The notes under the pieces were generated by a model that worked only from the letters and a program-made list of their open reading frames with translations, was not told the DNA's origin and ran no database searches. Shown piece by piece: positions 28,410-39,227 of a DNA stretch of 64,000 bases. Within the stretch, counting starts at the first letter, position 1. Every line of letters starts with the position of its first letter. The DNA is from Candidatus Eiseniibacteriota bacterium (GTDB taxonomy: Bacteria > Eisenbacteria > RBG-16-71-46 > JACRLI01), in the NCBI GenBank assembly GCA_016235265.1, contig JACRLI010000014.1, forward strand, positions 247,405-311,404, in the 5' to 3' direction. The position numbers and the translations under genes are program-made.

Positions 28410-28469
28410 GTCTAACGCTCGGCATCAGCGGCGGCGCGGAGCGCCGTCAGCTGCATGCTATTGTTAGCA
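28410..28469 (-). mobile_element. Integron attC site (60 bp)
   Basis: Minus strand TGCTAAC-AATAGCATGCAGCTGACGGCGCTCCGCGCCGCCGCTGATGCCGAGC-GTTAGAC: R''/R' boxes, imperfect palindrome with an extrahelical base, 10 bp after the TIR gene stop. Confidence 0.85.
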
Positions 28470-28479
28470 TGCTCTGTTC

Positions 28480-29322
28480 TCACAACGCCTTGTTCATATC
28501 CACAGATAGCCCAGCGGCCTTCAGCTCCTTGGCCAACTTCAACCGCCAGCCGCCCTCCATATCAAGCTTGACGTAGAGTACTCCCGAGTAGTCGGAAAGC
28601 ACCTCAATGCCCTCCACAAACAGGGCGCACACGCGGGACCGTCCAAGCCGGCCAAGGAAGAACCCGAGTTCAAGGATCACGTTCTGTCGCGCACGAAGGT
28701 GCAGCTCGTCATTCGATGCAGTCGCCAAGCCGCCGCGATCGTCGCCGGTGAGAAGCACGACTGCGAACCCTACGTCGCTGTAGTCTTCGAACTTCTCGAT
28801 AATAGTCCGGCCGCAATTGGGCTGCTCACGAAGCAAGATCACCTCTTGATCCAGCTTCTCAAGGAAGCGCGCCACGCTCTGGATTGCCGCCTCGTCGTGA
28901 CCGTGCACCAGGAAGATCCGGTGGCCCTTTGGGGCGTTCGCCAATACGCCGGAAACAGTGCCGGCCCCTTGGAGTTGCTGCTCCGTCCTGAGCAGCTCAA
29001 GCAAACCATCAAGACGGGCAAGCTGCGTTTGGAGGCTTTCCGCCCGGTGGCTCTCCCACCATCCTTCACCTGCCCCCATCGGGAAATCCCCGTACTTTCC
29101 CACATCCGTCACGCTGCTCACGTTTGGCGAGTTGCGACCGAACGCCTTCTCAAGGTAATTCCGGGTCACCAGCTCCCACTGCCCGTGGGAATCACTACTG
29201 AGGGGACGCGATTGCAGGAGTTCGCGTCCCTTCCCGAGTTGCTCCTCCAGGAGGCGGATTCCCGTGGCAGAGTCAACATCCGGGCGTCCGGGAGGGTCTG
29301 GCTCTTTGCGTTTACTTGCCAT
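28480..29322 (-). CDS. TIR-domain protein (CAP12/Pycsar-type TIR-like nucleotide-binding domain)
   Basis: IFLVHGHD, GRTIIEKFE, FAVVLLTGDD, RARQNVILELG (catalytic Glu retained); visibly less GC-rich than the host genes. Confidence 0.92.
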   Translation of the reverse strand: MASKRKEPDPPGRPDVDSATGIRLLEEQLGKGRELLQSRPLSSDSHGQWELVTRNYLEKAFGRNSPNVSSVTDVGKYGDFPMGAGEGWWESHRAESLQTQLARLDGLLELLRTEQQLQGAGTVSGVLANAPKGHRIFLVHGHDEAAIQSVARFLEKLDQEVILLREQPNCGRTIIEKFEDYSDVGFAVVLLTGDDRGGLATASNDELHLRARQNVILELGFFLGRLGRSRVCALFVEGIEVLSDYSGVLYVKLDMEGGWRLKLAKELKAAGLSVDMNKAL

Positions 29323-29770
29323 CCGGTCTCTCTCTCCGTCGCTCCGCGCCTCTTAACGAGAATTCGACCGCCATGGATCAGCAGTTCGGCAGCCCCGTCC
29401 AATCTAGTCGCTCCCGCTACCCTCCGGTGCAAGCCCTCTGGAAAACTGACCTTGCATGCACGCTCCCCGACTCCCCCCGCGGTAGGCAGCACGAAACGTC
29501 CAGGCCCGGTCAGTATAAAGCCGGTCCACCGGACTCACCACCCCAAGCCGCTGGGATTCAGCACGGGGGCATCAGCAGCCAGGCTGCGAGCTGGGGGCCT
29601 CGCGGACACAGGCGCAGCTCGATCCACCCGTACAACGTATGCCCCAGGTGATGATCCAGCGCAGCGCGCACTTGGAACGCTTTCGGGCGTTGCTGTCGCG
29701 ACACCGGGGCCTGTCCCGGATCTTCCGGAAGCCGCACTCTCCCTGCCGCAACCTCCGTGTCGGCGCCACA

Positions 29771-29799
29771 TTGACACCCCCGCGCAAAGCCGATAGCTT
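29771..29799 (+). promoter_or_regulatory. Sigma70 promoter upstream of yajC
   Basis: TTGACA-17 bp-TAGCTT. Confidence 0.65.
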
Positions 29800-29917
29800 C
29801 CGATCCGTGTGTCCCGCGCGCTCCACGGGTGGTGCCCGGGGGGTTCCAGGGAGCCAGGCGCGCGCCGATTGCCCGCCCCTATCCGACCCGCAACTTCAAT
29901 GGTTTCAAGGAGGTTTC

Positions 29918-30244
29918 ATGTCCTTCCTCCCGCTCCTCGCCGCCGCGCCGGGAGGCCCGCAGATGTCCGGCTGGCAGGCCCAGCTGATCAACCTGGCGCC
30001 GCTGTTCCTGATCTTCGTGGTGTTCTACTTCGTGCTCATCCGTCCGCAGCAGCAGCGCCAGAAGAAGCTCGCCGAGATGATCGGCGGCATGGCCAAGGGC
30101 GACAAGGTGGTGACCTCCGGCGGGATGGTGGGCACGGTGTGGGCGGTGCGCGACAACGAGGACACCGTGGTCATCCAGGTGGCCGACACGCGTCTCGACT
30201 TCCTGAAGAGCGCCGTTGTCCAGGTCATCAAGCCCGGCAAGTAG
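29918..30244 (+). CDS. yajC: Preprotein translocase subunit YajC
   Basis: AAGGAGG RBS; FYFVLIRPQ, KGDKVVTSGG. Confidence 0.95.
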   Translation: MSFLPLLAAAPGGPQMSGWQAQLINLAPLFLIFVVFYFVLIRPQQQRQKKLAEMIGGMAKGDKVVTSGGMVGTVWAVRDNEDTVVIQVADTRLDFLKSAVVQVIKPGK

Positions 30245-30254
30245 GGGCCCGCAC

Positions 30255-30797
30255 GTGGCACGACTGCCGATTCGCCTTTACGGCGACCCGGTGCTGAAGG
30301 CCCGGGCCGAGAAGGCCCCCGGCCCCAGCGAGAACCTGGCCCGCCTGGCCGCCGACATGTTCGAGACCATGGACGCCGCGCGCGGTGTCGGCCTGGCGGC
30401 CACCCAGGTGGGCGCCCTGGAACGCCTCATTGTGGTGAGCGTGCCCACCGGCAAGGAGGGGGAACCGCCCTTCCGCGCCGCGCTCGTCAACCCGGAAGTG
30501 GTCGCCACCTCCGGGCAGCAGGTCGGCGAGGAGGGCTGTCTCAGCTTCCCCGGGCTGTACTTCGAAGTGAAGCGCGCGAAGACCGTGAAGGTCCGCGCCA
30601 TGGGGCTGGACGGGAAGCCGGTGGAGGTGGACGGGGAGGGGTACCTGTCCCGCGCCCTGCTGCACGAGATTGACCACCTCGACGGCGTGCTCTACATCGA
30701 CCGCATCTCCACGGTGAAAAGAAGCCTGCTCCGCGGCAAGCTGGAGGACATCCGGCGCCGCGGGGCCGCCGGCGAGTCCCGCGAGGATGATGAGTAG
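30255..30797 (+). CDS. def: Peptide deformylase
   Basis: GVGLAATQVG, EGCLS, HEIDHLDG. Confidence 0.97.
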   Translation: MARLPIRLYGDPVLKARAEKAPGPSENLARLAADMFETMDAARGVGLAATQVGALERLIVVSVPTGKEGEPPFRAALVNPEVVATSGQQVGEEGCLSFPGLYFEVKRAKTVKVRAMGLDGKPVEVDGEGYLSRALLHEIDHLDGVLYIDRISTVKRSLLRGKLEDIRRRGAAGESREDDE

Positions 30798-32922
30798 CTT
30801 CCCGCGCTCCGAACGCCCAAGCACCTGCAACAGGAGGAACCAAGTGCGCCCGAGACGCTGCTGGCCCGTCGTTGCCCTGCTGACGCTGACCCTGGCGGCG
30901 CCCGCGCTCGCCGCGCCCGCGCCGGACTCGGCCGCGGCCGCCCCGAATTCCCCGCTGGCGCCCGGGCACGGCTCCCCGCCCGCGAGCGCGAGCCCGCACG
31001 GATCCATGAGCATGCCCGGAGGGGCGCGCACGTCCGGCTCGCCGCACGGTTCGGGCATGTCCGGCTCCCCGCACGGCGCCGGCGCCAAGGGGATGGCGGG
31101 CATGATGCGCGCCATGGCCGCCCCGCCGAAGGTGGCATGGGAGAGCCTGCCCCAGGCCGACACCGCCCGCGCGCTCTCTTCGGAGGGCCGCACCCCGGCC
31201 ACCTCCGACACCACGGCCGAAGTGGTGATGGACGACGGCGGCGTGTCCTTCTATCCCGACGGCGTGGTGGCGTTCCTCTCCACGCGCGTGTACCTGGTGA
31301 AGAGCCGTTCCGGGGCCGAGGCGCTCCGCCAGCTGCCCGGCATCCCGAGGGGTTCTGGCGGTCAGGTCACCGCGTTCGTGCTGCACGACAACGGCTCGCG
31401 TGAGTTCGGGCAGGTGAACCGAAGCGGCGAGGTAATCTTCGCCGGGGTGCAGCCTGGTGACCTCCTGTTCATCTCCACCCGGGTCGCGCGGCCGGCGATC
31501 CGCAACGGGGTCCGGCTGCCGTTCACGTCCGCGGTTCTGCTTCGCAGTCTGTACCCGGTGCGGCAGATCCGTTTCTGGATCCGCAGCCCGGTGGATAAGC
31601 CCGCGGGATTCCGGGCGCTCGGACTGGGGGAACCGCGGGTCGGCACCCAGGCAGGATCAATCACCCGGGAGTGGATCGCCACGGGTCTCGCGCCCCTGGC
31701 GGCCGAGGATGAAGCGGTCGCCCCGCTCGAGGGCGCCCCGGTGGTGTTGGTGGATGCCAATCCGGATCCCGACTGGCTGGCCGCGCAGTGCCGGAATTGG
31801 CTCAAGGCCCCCGCAGGGGCGCGCCTGAAGAAGCTGGCTGCCGGCATCCGCAAGGAACACCAGGGCGCGAAGGCCCGGGTGGACGCGGCCCGCGAGTACG
31901 TGGTGCGCCGGCTTGCGCCCCAGGAGAACGAGTTCGCCTGGCCGGATTCGCTGGCGCGCCTCACACCGGAATCGGTCTTGCGCCGTGGCACTGCCGGCCC
32001 CTACGGACGGCTGGTGCTGCTGAGCGCCCTGTTGCGTGAGCTGGGCCAGGACCCCGGCATCGCCCTGGTGAATCCCGCCCGCCTGTGGCGGCGCCCGCCT
32101 TCGGCGAGCCCCGAGATGGCGCGCTGCCTGGTGGTGGCCCCCTGCAGCAAGCCCGAGGTGTGGCTCAATCCATCTTCCGTCACCGTCGCCACGCGCCGCA
32201 TCGAGCCCACGCTGCAGGGGCTCGATGCGATGGTGGTGGGACCCGCGGGAGCCCCGGTTGATGCACGGGTGCCCGTGAGCGCCGCGGAAGGACGCGGCAA
32301 GATCATGCTGATTCGTGGCGAAGTGGACTCGGGTGGCACCGTGACCGGCGAGATGCGCATCCGTCACCTCGGCGAGGACGCCGACCAGTGGCGCGCCCAA
32401 CTTCGGGGAGCGAGCATGAAGGCCGCCTCCGAGGTCATGCAGGCGATGGCGTCCCAGGTCTTGTTCGCATCCGAGATCCTGGACCTGCACGGAGAGGGCT
32501 TCGAGGACCAGGGCGACACCGCGACAATGATCTCGAAATTCCGGGCGCGGGACCTCCTGGACAGCCAGGCCGACGTGCGCTGGCTGCGGTTGCCTGCGCG
32601 CCTGCAGCCGGAACTGGAGACCGCTCCGCGCACCACGGCGCGCAGTCTGCACCGGCTCTACGGAACGCATGTCGAGCGCATGACGCTGGCGCTCCCCGGA
32701 AGCTGGGTCGCCTCCGTGCCGGTGGACACGACTTCCGGAGCCGGCGCCTGCCTGCGCTGGAGCGAGCACCGCACGGTGGAGGGGGGGCGGCTGGTGATCG
32801 AGCGCACTTCGACCGTGGCGGAGGCGGTGCTGCCCGCGGCCCAGCTGGATGCCTTCCTGGAGGCGCAGAAGGCCATGAACCGCTCGTTCGACCGGCCCGT
32901 GATCTTCAAGGTCTCGCCCTGA
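30787..32922 (+). CDS. Secreted DUF3857/transglutaminase-like protein, probably inactive (alternative start GTG 30844)
   Basis: Signal peptide; IFAGVQPGD; PESVLRRGTAG...LLSALLRELG matches the TGc core without the Cys; DUF3858-like C-terminus. Confidence 0.68.
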   Translation: MMSSFPRSERPSTCNRRNQVRPRRCWPVVALLTLTLAAPALAAPAPDSAAAAPNSPLAPGHGSPPASASPHGSMSMPGGARTSGSPHGSGMSGSPHGAGAKGMAGMMRAMAAPPKVAWESLPQADTARALSSEGRTPATSDTTAEVVMDDGGVSFYPDGVVAFLSTRVYLVKSRSGAEALRQLPGIPRGSGGQVTAFVLHDNGSREFGQVNRSGEVIFAGVQPGDLLFISTRVARPAIRNGVRLPFTSAVLLRSLYPVRQIRFWIRSPVDKPAGFRALGLGEPRVGTQAGSITREWIATGLAPLAAEDEAVAPLEGAPVVLVDANPDPDWLAAQCRNWLKAPAGARLKKLAAGIRKEHQGAKARVDAAREYVVRRLAPQENEFAWPDSLARLTPESVLRRGTAGPYGRLVLLSALLRELGQDPGIALVNPARLWRRPPSASPEMARCLVVAPCSKPEVWLNPSSVTVATRRIEPTLQGLDAMVVGPAGAPVDARVPVSAAEGRGKIMLIRGEVDSGGTVTGEMRIRHLGEDADQWRAQLRGASMKAASEVMQAMASQVLFASEILDLHGEGFEDQGDTATMISKFRARDLLDSQADVRWLRLPARLQPELETAPRTTARSLHRLYGTHVERMTLALPGSWVASVPVDTTSGAGACLRWSEHRTVEGGRLVIERTSTVAEAVLPAAQLDAFLEAQKAMNRSFDRPVIFKVSP

Positions 32923-32944
32923 ACCGCCGCAGCCATCCGTTTCG

Positions 32945-32976
32945 GGGGGCCGGCCGCTCGTTCGGCCGGCCCCTTT
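32945..32976 (+). terminator. Intrinsic terminator-like hairpin
   Basis: GGGGCCGGCCG-ctcgtt-CGGCCGGCCCC followed by TTT. Confidence 0.6.
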
Positions 32977-32992
32977 GTCCTACAATGCGGCC

Positions 32993-34062
<1,070 letters not shown>

Positions 34063-34066
<4 letters not shown>

Positions 34067-35553
34067 CGCCACCGCGCGGCGGCCGGCCCCGCGGCAGCGG
34101 CCGCCCCGCGGGCCCACCCGCGCGGGGTCCGCGCGGACCGGGCCGTCCCGGCGGGCCCGCCCCGCGCGCGCCCCGCGGGCGCCCCGGACCCCCGGGAGCG
34201 ACCGGGCGGGGAGCGGGCGTGCCTGGCGGCTCCGCCGAGCCGCGCGACCTGGCGGCCCGGCTGCTCGCTTCCATCGAGACCCGCAGCGCCTTCAGCGACA
34301 AGCTCCTCGCCACCGCGTTCCGCGAGCGCGACCTGCCGCCGGCCGCGCGCGGGCGTGTCACGCGCCTGGTGAAGGGCGTGCTGCGCCGCCGCGGCGAGAT
34401 TGACTACCTGCTGGCCTCGCGCCTGCACGAGCGGCTGGCCGGCCTGCCGGTGCTGATGCGCCAGATCCTGCGGCTGGGTGTCTACCAGCTCCTGGACTCC
34501 GACATCCCGCGCCCCATGGTAGTGGACGAGACCGTGCGGCTGGCCACCAAGTACGGCCACCCCGGCACCGTGGGCCTCACCAACGCCGTGCTGCGCCGGC
34601 TGTGCGACACGGAGGACCTGCGCTCGCTGTTGCCGCAGGGCGACGATCCCGCGTCGGTGGCGGCGCGGACTTCGCACCCGGAGTGGATGGTGGAGCGCTG
34701 GATGGCCCGGCTGGGGCGCGACGCCACGATGCGGGTGCTGGATTCCAACCTGCGCGAGCGACCCACGTTCCTGCGCCCCAACCCGATGCGCGGCGGCCTG
34801 GCGGCGCTTCGCGCGCGGCTGGAGGTCGAGGGTGTGGCCCACGACGTGCATGGGCCCACCGGCCTGGTGCGCGTGGACGAGCGGTTCGCGCCGCCCGACT
34901 CGGAGGCGTTCGTCGCCGGCCTGGGCACGGCGCAGGACCCCTCGGAGTTCCTGGTGGTGCGCCTGTGCGGCGCGCGCGCGGGGCAGCGCTGGCTGGACCT
35001 GTGCTGCGCCCCCGGCGGCAAGCAGACCGGGCTGGCCGAGGGCATGGGAGATGAGGGTGCCGTGGTGGGCTGCGACCTGCATCCGTCCCGCCTGCGCCGC
35101 GCCCGCGAAAACGCCGCGCGCCTGGGCACGCCGGGGCTTTCCTACGTGGCCGCCGACGGCGCCCGCCCGCCGTTCCGCGCGCCGTCGCGCTTCGACGGCG
35201 TGCTGGTGGACGCCCCGTGCTCCGGGCTGGGGGTGCTGGCCCGCCGCGCCGACGCCCGCTGGCGCAAGGAGCCCGCGCTGCTGGCCTCGCTTCCGCCCCT
35301 GCAGCGCAGCCTGGTGGACTCCGCCGCGGGGCTCTTGGGGCCGGGTGGCGTGCTCGTCTATAGTGTGTGCAGTTTCGAGCCGGAGGAGACCACCGACCTG
35401 GTGGGCGGCTTCCTCGCCGCGCACCCGGAGTTCCGGCTCGACGACGCCTCGCCGCGGGTGGGCGCGGCGTACACGGTGGACGGCTGCTACCGGGTGCTGC
35501 CCGGGCAGGACGACATGGACGGGGCGTTCGCGGCAAGGATGGTGCGCGCGTGA
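34063..35553 (+). CDS. rsmB: 16S rRNA m5C967 methyltransferase RsmB/Sun
   Basis: NusB-like domain, SHPEW, DLCCAPGGK, DAPCSGLG, YSVCS. Confidence 0.95.
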
Positions 35554-36284
35554 AGATGCGTTGGAAGATCCCGGGGCCGGTGATGGTGCTGGCCTTGGGG
35601 GTGGTGGCGTTCGCCGCGGGCGTGGCGATCTTCGACTGGGTGGTGATGCCGCGCCTGGTGCACCGCGGCCAGGACGTGCGCGTGCCGGACCTCGGCTCCA
35701 TGTCGCAACAGCAGGCCGAGCGGGCCGCGCGCGAGGGCGGGTTCGCGCTGCACGTGCGCTCGCAGCAGTTCGACGCCGCCGTGCCGCGCGGCTGCGTGTT
35801 GAGCCAGGATCCCCCGCCGGGCGTGACGGCCCGTCGCGGGCGCGCGGTGGAGGTCGTGGTGAGCCTGGGCGAGGAGAAAGCCACCATCCCGCCGCTGCGC
35901 GGGCAGGACTTCCGCGAGGCGCAGGTCACGCTGGGCCGCCTGGGCCTGCAGCCCGGCTCAGTGGCGCGCGTGTACTCCAATGATGTGCCGGTGGACCGCG
36001 TGGTGGCCACCGACCCCGGCCCCGACGCGCCCATCCCGCAGGACCGCCCGGTGCACCTGCTGATGAGCCTGGGCCCAGAAACCCCGCGCTTCCTGGCGCC
36101 CGACTGGGTGGGCTCGCCGGTGCGCGAGGTCACCGCCGCGCTGCAGCGCGCGGGTGTGCGCTACACGCTGGCCGGGCGCGACGCCGCCATGGCCGGCGCG
36201 GTCACCTCGCAGAACCCGGCTCCGGGCAGCATGGTGCGCGCGGGCGACCTGGTGACACTGGGCACCGGCAGGGCCGCGCGGTGA
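35550..36284 (+). CDS. PASTA domain membrane protein
   Basis: N-terminal TM helix; VPDLG, VLSQDPPPG, SQNPAPG repeats. Confidence 0.9.
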   Translation: MKMRWKIPGPVMVLALGVVAFAAGVAIFDWVVMPRLVHRGQDVRVPDLGSMSQQQAERAAREGGFALHVRSQQFDAAVPRGCVLSQDPPPGVTARRGRAVEVVVSLGEEKATIPPLRGQDFREAQVTLGRLGLQPGSVARVYSNDVPVDRVVATDPGPDAPIPQDRPVHLLMSLGPETPRFLAPDWVGSPVREVTAALQRAGVRYTLAGRDAAMAGAVTSQNPAPGSMVRAGDLVTLGTGRAAR

Positions 36285-36955
36285 GTTTCCGTCCCCGGCC
36301 CGTGCGCGTCGCGCCCTCGGTGCTCTCCGCCGACTACGCGCGCTTCGGCGAACAGGTGCGGATGATCCAGGCCGCCGGCGCCGACTGGCTGCACGTGGAC
36401 ATCATGGACGGCCACTTCGTTCCCAACCTCACCTTCGGCCCCGGCCTGGTGGCCGCGCTGAAGTCGCTCACCCCGCTGTACCTGGATACCCACCTGATGG
36501 TCACCGAGCCGTGGCGCTTCGCCGAGCCGTTCGCGAGGGCCGGCGCCGGCGGGCTCACCATTCACGTGGAGGTGGGCCGCACCGCCGAGACGCTGCGCGA
36601 GATCCGCGCGCTGGGTCTGCGCGCCGGCGTATCCGTGAAGCCGGGCACCCCGCTGGAACTGGCCGAGCCGTTCCTCGCCGACATCGACCTGCTGCTGCTG
36701 ATGACGGTGGAGCCGGGCTTCGGCGGCCAGGCGTTCCGCGAGGACATGCTGCCCAGGATCGCCGCCGCCCACGCGGCGCGCGTGAAGCACGGCCTCAACT
36801 TCGACCTCGAGGTGGACGGCGGCATCGGGCCGCAGACCACCGCCGCGGTGACCCGCGCCGGCGCCGACGCGCTGGTCGCGGGCCACAGCGTGTTCCGCGC
36901 GCCGGACCCTGCGGCGGCCATCGCCGCGATCCGGGCCGCAGTCTCCACTCCATAG
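36281..36955 (+). CDS. rpe: Ribulose-phosphate 3-epimerase
   Basis: HVDIMDGHFVPN, MTVEPGFGGQ, EVDGGI. Confidence 0.97.
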   Translation: MSFRPRPVRVAPSVLSADYARFGEQVRMIQAAGADWLHVDIMDGHFVPNLTFGPGLVAALKSLTPLYLDTHLMVTEPWRFAEPFARAGAGGLTIHVEVGRTAETLREIRALGLRAGVSVKPGTPLELAEPFLADIDLLLLMTVEPGFGGQAFREDMLPRIAAAHAARVKHGLNFDLEVDGGIGPQTTAAVTRAGADALVAGHSVFRAPDPAAAIAAIRAAVSTP

Positions 36956-37012
36956 GCCCGGCCGCGCCGGGAGCATCCACGGGCGCGCCGCGCCCCCCTT
37001 CGAGGAGGATTC

Positions 37013-39157
37013 ATGCCGCGACTCCCGCGCGCCGGCAGTCTCGCAGTGACCGTGCTGTTCGCCGCCTGGGCCGCACAGGCGTTGGCCGCGGAGACCCGCG
37101 CTCCTGTCGCGCCCGCGACGTCCGCGCCCGCCCCGGCGCCACCCGCCGCGGCGGCACCCGCCCCAGCCCGCCGCCTCATCACCGTCGAGGACGTGACCCG
37201 CTTCCGCGACGTGAAGGACCCCCGCGTTTCCCCCGACGGCAGGTGGGTGGCCTACACCGTCACCACCCAGGACCTCAAGGCGGACAAGCGCCAGACCGAT
37301 GTGTGGATGACCAGCTGGGACGGTGCCACCACGCTGCAACTCACCCGGCGCGCGAAGGAGTCCGCTTCGGCTCCGCGCTTTAGCCCCGACGGCAGGCACC
37401 TGGCGTTCCTCTCCAGCCGCGGCGACGAGAACGAGTCCGACCAGGTGTGGCTGCTGCCCCTGGCCGGGGGGGAGGCCGCGAAGCTCACCGAGCTCAAGCA
37501 GGGAGTTTCGGACTTCGCGTGGTCGCCCGACGGATCGCGTTTCGTGCTCGCCGTGAGCGACACCGACTCCGTGTCCACCCTCGGCGCGGCGGAGAAGGAC
37601 AAGACTCCGCCGCCGATCCTCATCGACCGCTTCTACTTCAAGGAGGACGTCACCGGCTACGTGACGCGCAAGCGCACGCACCTGTTCCTGTTCGACCTCG
37701 CCACGCGCAAGGCGGAGCAGCTCACCTCCGGCGAGCACGACGACCTGCAGCCGGCGTGGTCGCCGGACGGAAGGTCAATCGCGTTCCTGAGCAAGCAGGG
37801 CCCCGACGCGGATCGCACCAGCAGCTGGGAGATCTTCGTGGTCGAGGCGCGCGCGGGCGCGCAGCCGCGGCAGGTCACGCGCTTCGAGGGCATCGTCAAC
37901 AACCCCGGAGGCGAGAACCGCATCGCGTGGAGCCCCGACGGCAGCCAGATTGCGTTCCTTCAGGGCGGTCCGCCGAAGCTGATCTACTACGCGCTGACCC
38001 GTCCCGCCGTGGTGCCTGCCGCGGGCGGCGGCGCGCGCGTGCTCACGCCCGGTCTCGACCAGTGGACGGCCGATCCCGCCTGGTCCCCGGACGGGAAGTA
38101 CCTGTACGTGCAGGTCGAGGAGGATCGCTCCGCCTTCCTCGCGCGCGTGCCCGCCGCGGGAGGAGCCCCCGAGCCCGTGCTGCGCGGGGCAGGCGTGGTG
38201 GGGACTTTCGACGTGGGCGCCTCCGGGCGGGCGGCGCTGATCCTCGGCACGCCCGGCGCGCCGCGCGAGGTGTACGCGCTGGAGGGGGGAGCCGCGCGCC
38301 AGCTGTCGCACCAGAACGACTCGCTCATGGCCGCGCTGAAGCTGAGCCCTGCCGAGAAGATCACCTTCAAGAGCCGCGACGGGACCGAGATCCACGGCTT
38401 CCTGGTGAAGCCCGCCGACTATCGCGAGGGCGCGCGCCACCCGACCATCCTGCGCATCCACGGCGGGCCGGTCGGGCAGTTCCAGGATGAGTTCGCCTCC
38501 GGCGAGGAGTGCACCTGGCAGCTGCTGGCCGCCAACGGGTACGCGGTCGTGGCCGCCAACCCGCGCGGCAGTTCCGGACGGGGCCAGAAGTTCTCCACCG
38601 CAATCTACGCCGACTGGGGCAACAAGGACGCGCAGGACGTGCTCGCGGCCGTGGACTACGCGGTGGCGCTCGGCGTGGCCGACCCCGACCGCCTCGGGCT
38701 GGGCGGATGGAGCTACGGCGGCATGCTCACCAACTACGTGATCGCCCAGGACAGGCGCTTCAAGGCGGCGGTGAGCGGTGCCAGCATCTCCAACATCCTG
38801 GCCGGATACGGCACCGACATGTACGTGCGCGAGTACGAGAGCGAACTGGGGCCGCCGTGGACCGCCGCCGACAAGTACCTCCGGGTCTCGTCGCCGTTTC
38901 TGCACGCCGACCGCATCGTCACGCCCACCCTGTTCATGTGCGGGCAGCAGGACTTCAACGTGCCGCTGCTCAACACCGAGCAGATGTACCAGGCCCTGAA
39001 GAGCCTTGGCCGCGAGACGCAGATGGTGATCTACCCGGGGCAGAACCACGGGTTCCGCCGGCCCAGCTACATCCAGGACCGGCTGCGCCGCTGGCTGGAC
39101 TGGTACGGGCGGTTCCTGAAGCCGAAGCCGGCAGCTGCCCCTACTGGCGGAAGGTGA
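37013..39157 (+). CDS. Secreted S9 family peptidase
   Basis: PD40 WSPDG repeats, IHGGP, GWSYGG, catalytic Asp and His (QQDFNV, QNHG). Confidence 0.95.
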   Translation: MPRLPRAGSLAVTVLFAAWAAQALAAETRAPVAPATSAPAPAPPAAAAPAPARRLITVEDVTRFRDVKDPRVSPDGRWVAYTVTTQDLKADKRQTDVWMTSWDGATTLQLTRRAKESASAPRFSPDGRHLAFLSSRGDENESDQVWLLPLAGGEAAKLTELKQGVSDFAWSPDGSRFVLAVSDTDSVSTLGAAEKDKTPPPILIDRFYFKEDVTGYVTRKRTHLFLFDLATRKAEQLTSGEHDDLQPAWSPDGRSIAFLSKQGPDADRTSSWEIFVVEARAGAQPRQVTRFEGIVNNPGGENRIAWSPDGSQIAFLQGGPPKLIYYALTRPAVVPAAGGGARVLTPGLDQWTADPAWSPDGKYLYVQVEEDRSAFLARVPAAGGAPEPVLRGAGVVGTFDVGASGRAALILGTPGAPREVYALEGGAARQLSHQNDSLMAALKLSPAEKITFKSRDGTEIHGFLVKPADYREGARHPTILRIHGGPVGQFQDEFASGEECTWQLLAANGYAVVAANPRGSSGRGQKFSTAIYADWGNKDAQDVLAAVDYAVALGVADPDRLGLGGWSYGGMLTNYVIAQDRRFKAAVSGASISNILAGYGTDMYVREYESELGPPWTAADKYLRVSSPFLHADRIVTPTLFMCGQQDFNVPLLNTEQMYQALKSLGRETQMVIYPGQNHGFRRPSYIQDRLRRWLDWYGRFLKPKPAAAPTGGR

Positions 39158-39227
39158 AAGTGGAGTTTCCCGTTCGAGCGGAGATCGCACCCCGCCCGGC
39201 CGATTCCCCGTGCCGCACGGAGGCCGC

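Noticed and set aside
29360-29770. Possible integrase remnant, attI site or tRNA at the island edge
   Set aside because: No tyrosine-recombinase motifs or cloverleaf recognised; a minus-strand TATACT at 29512-29517 lacks a convincing -35
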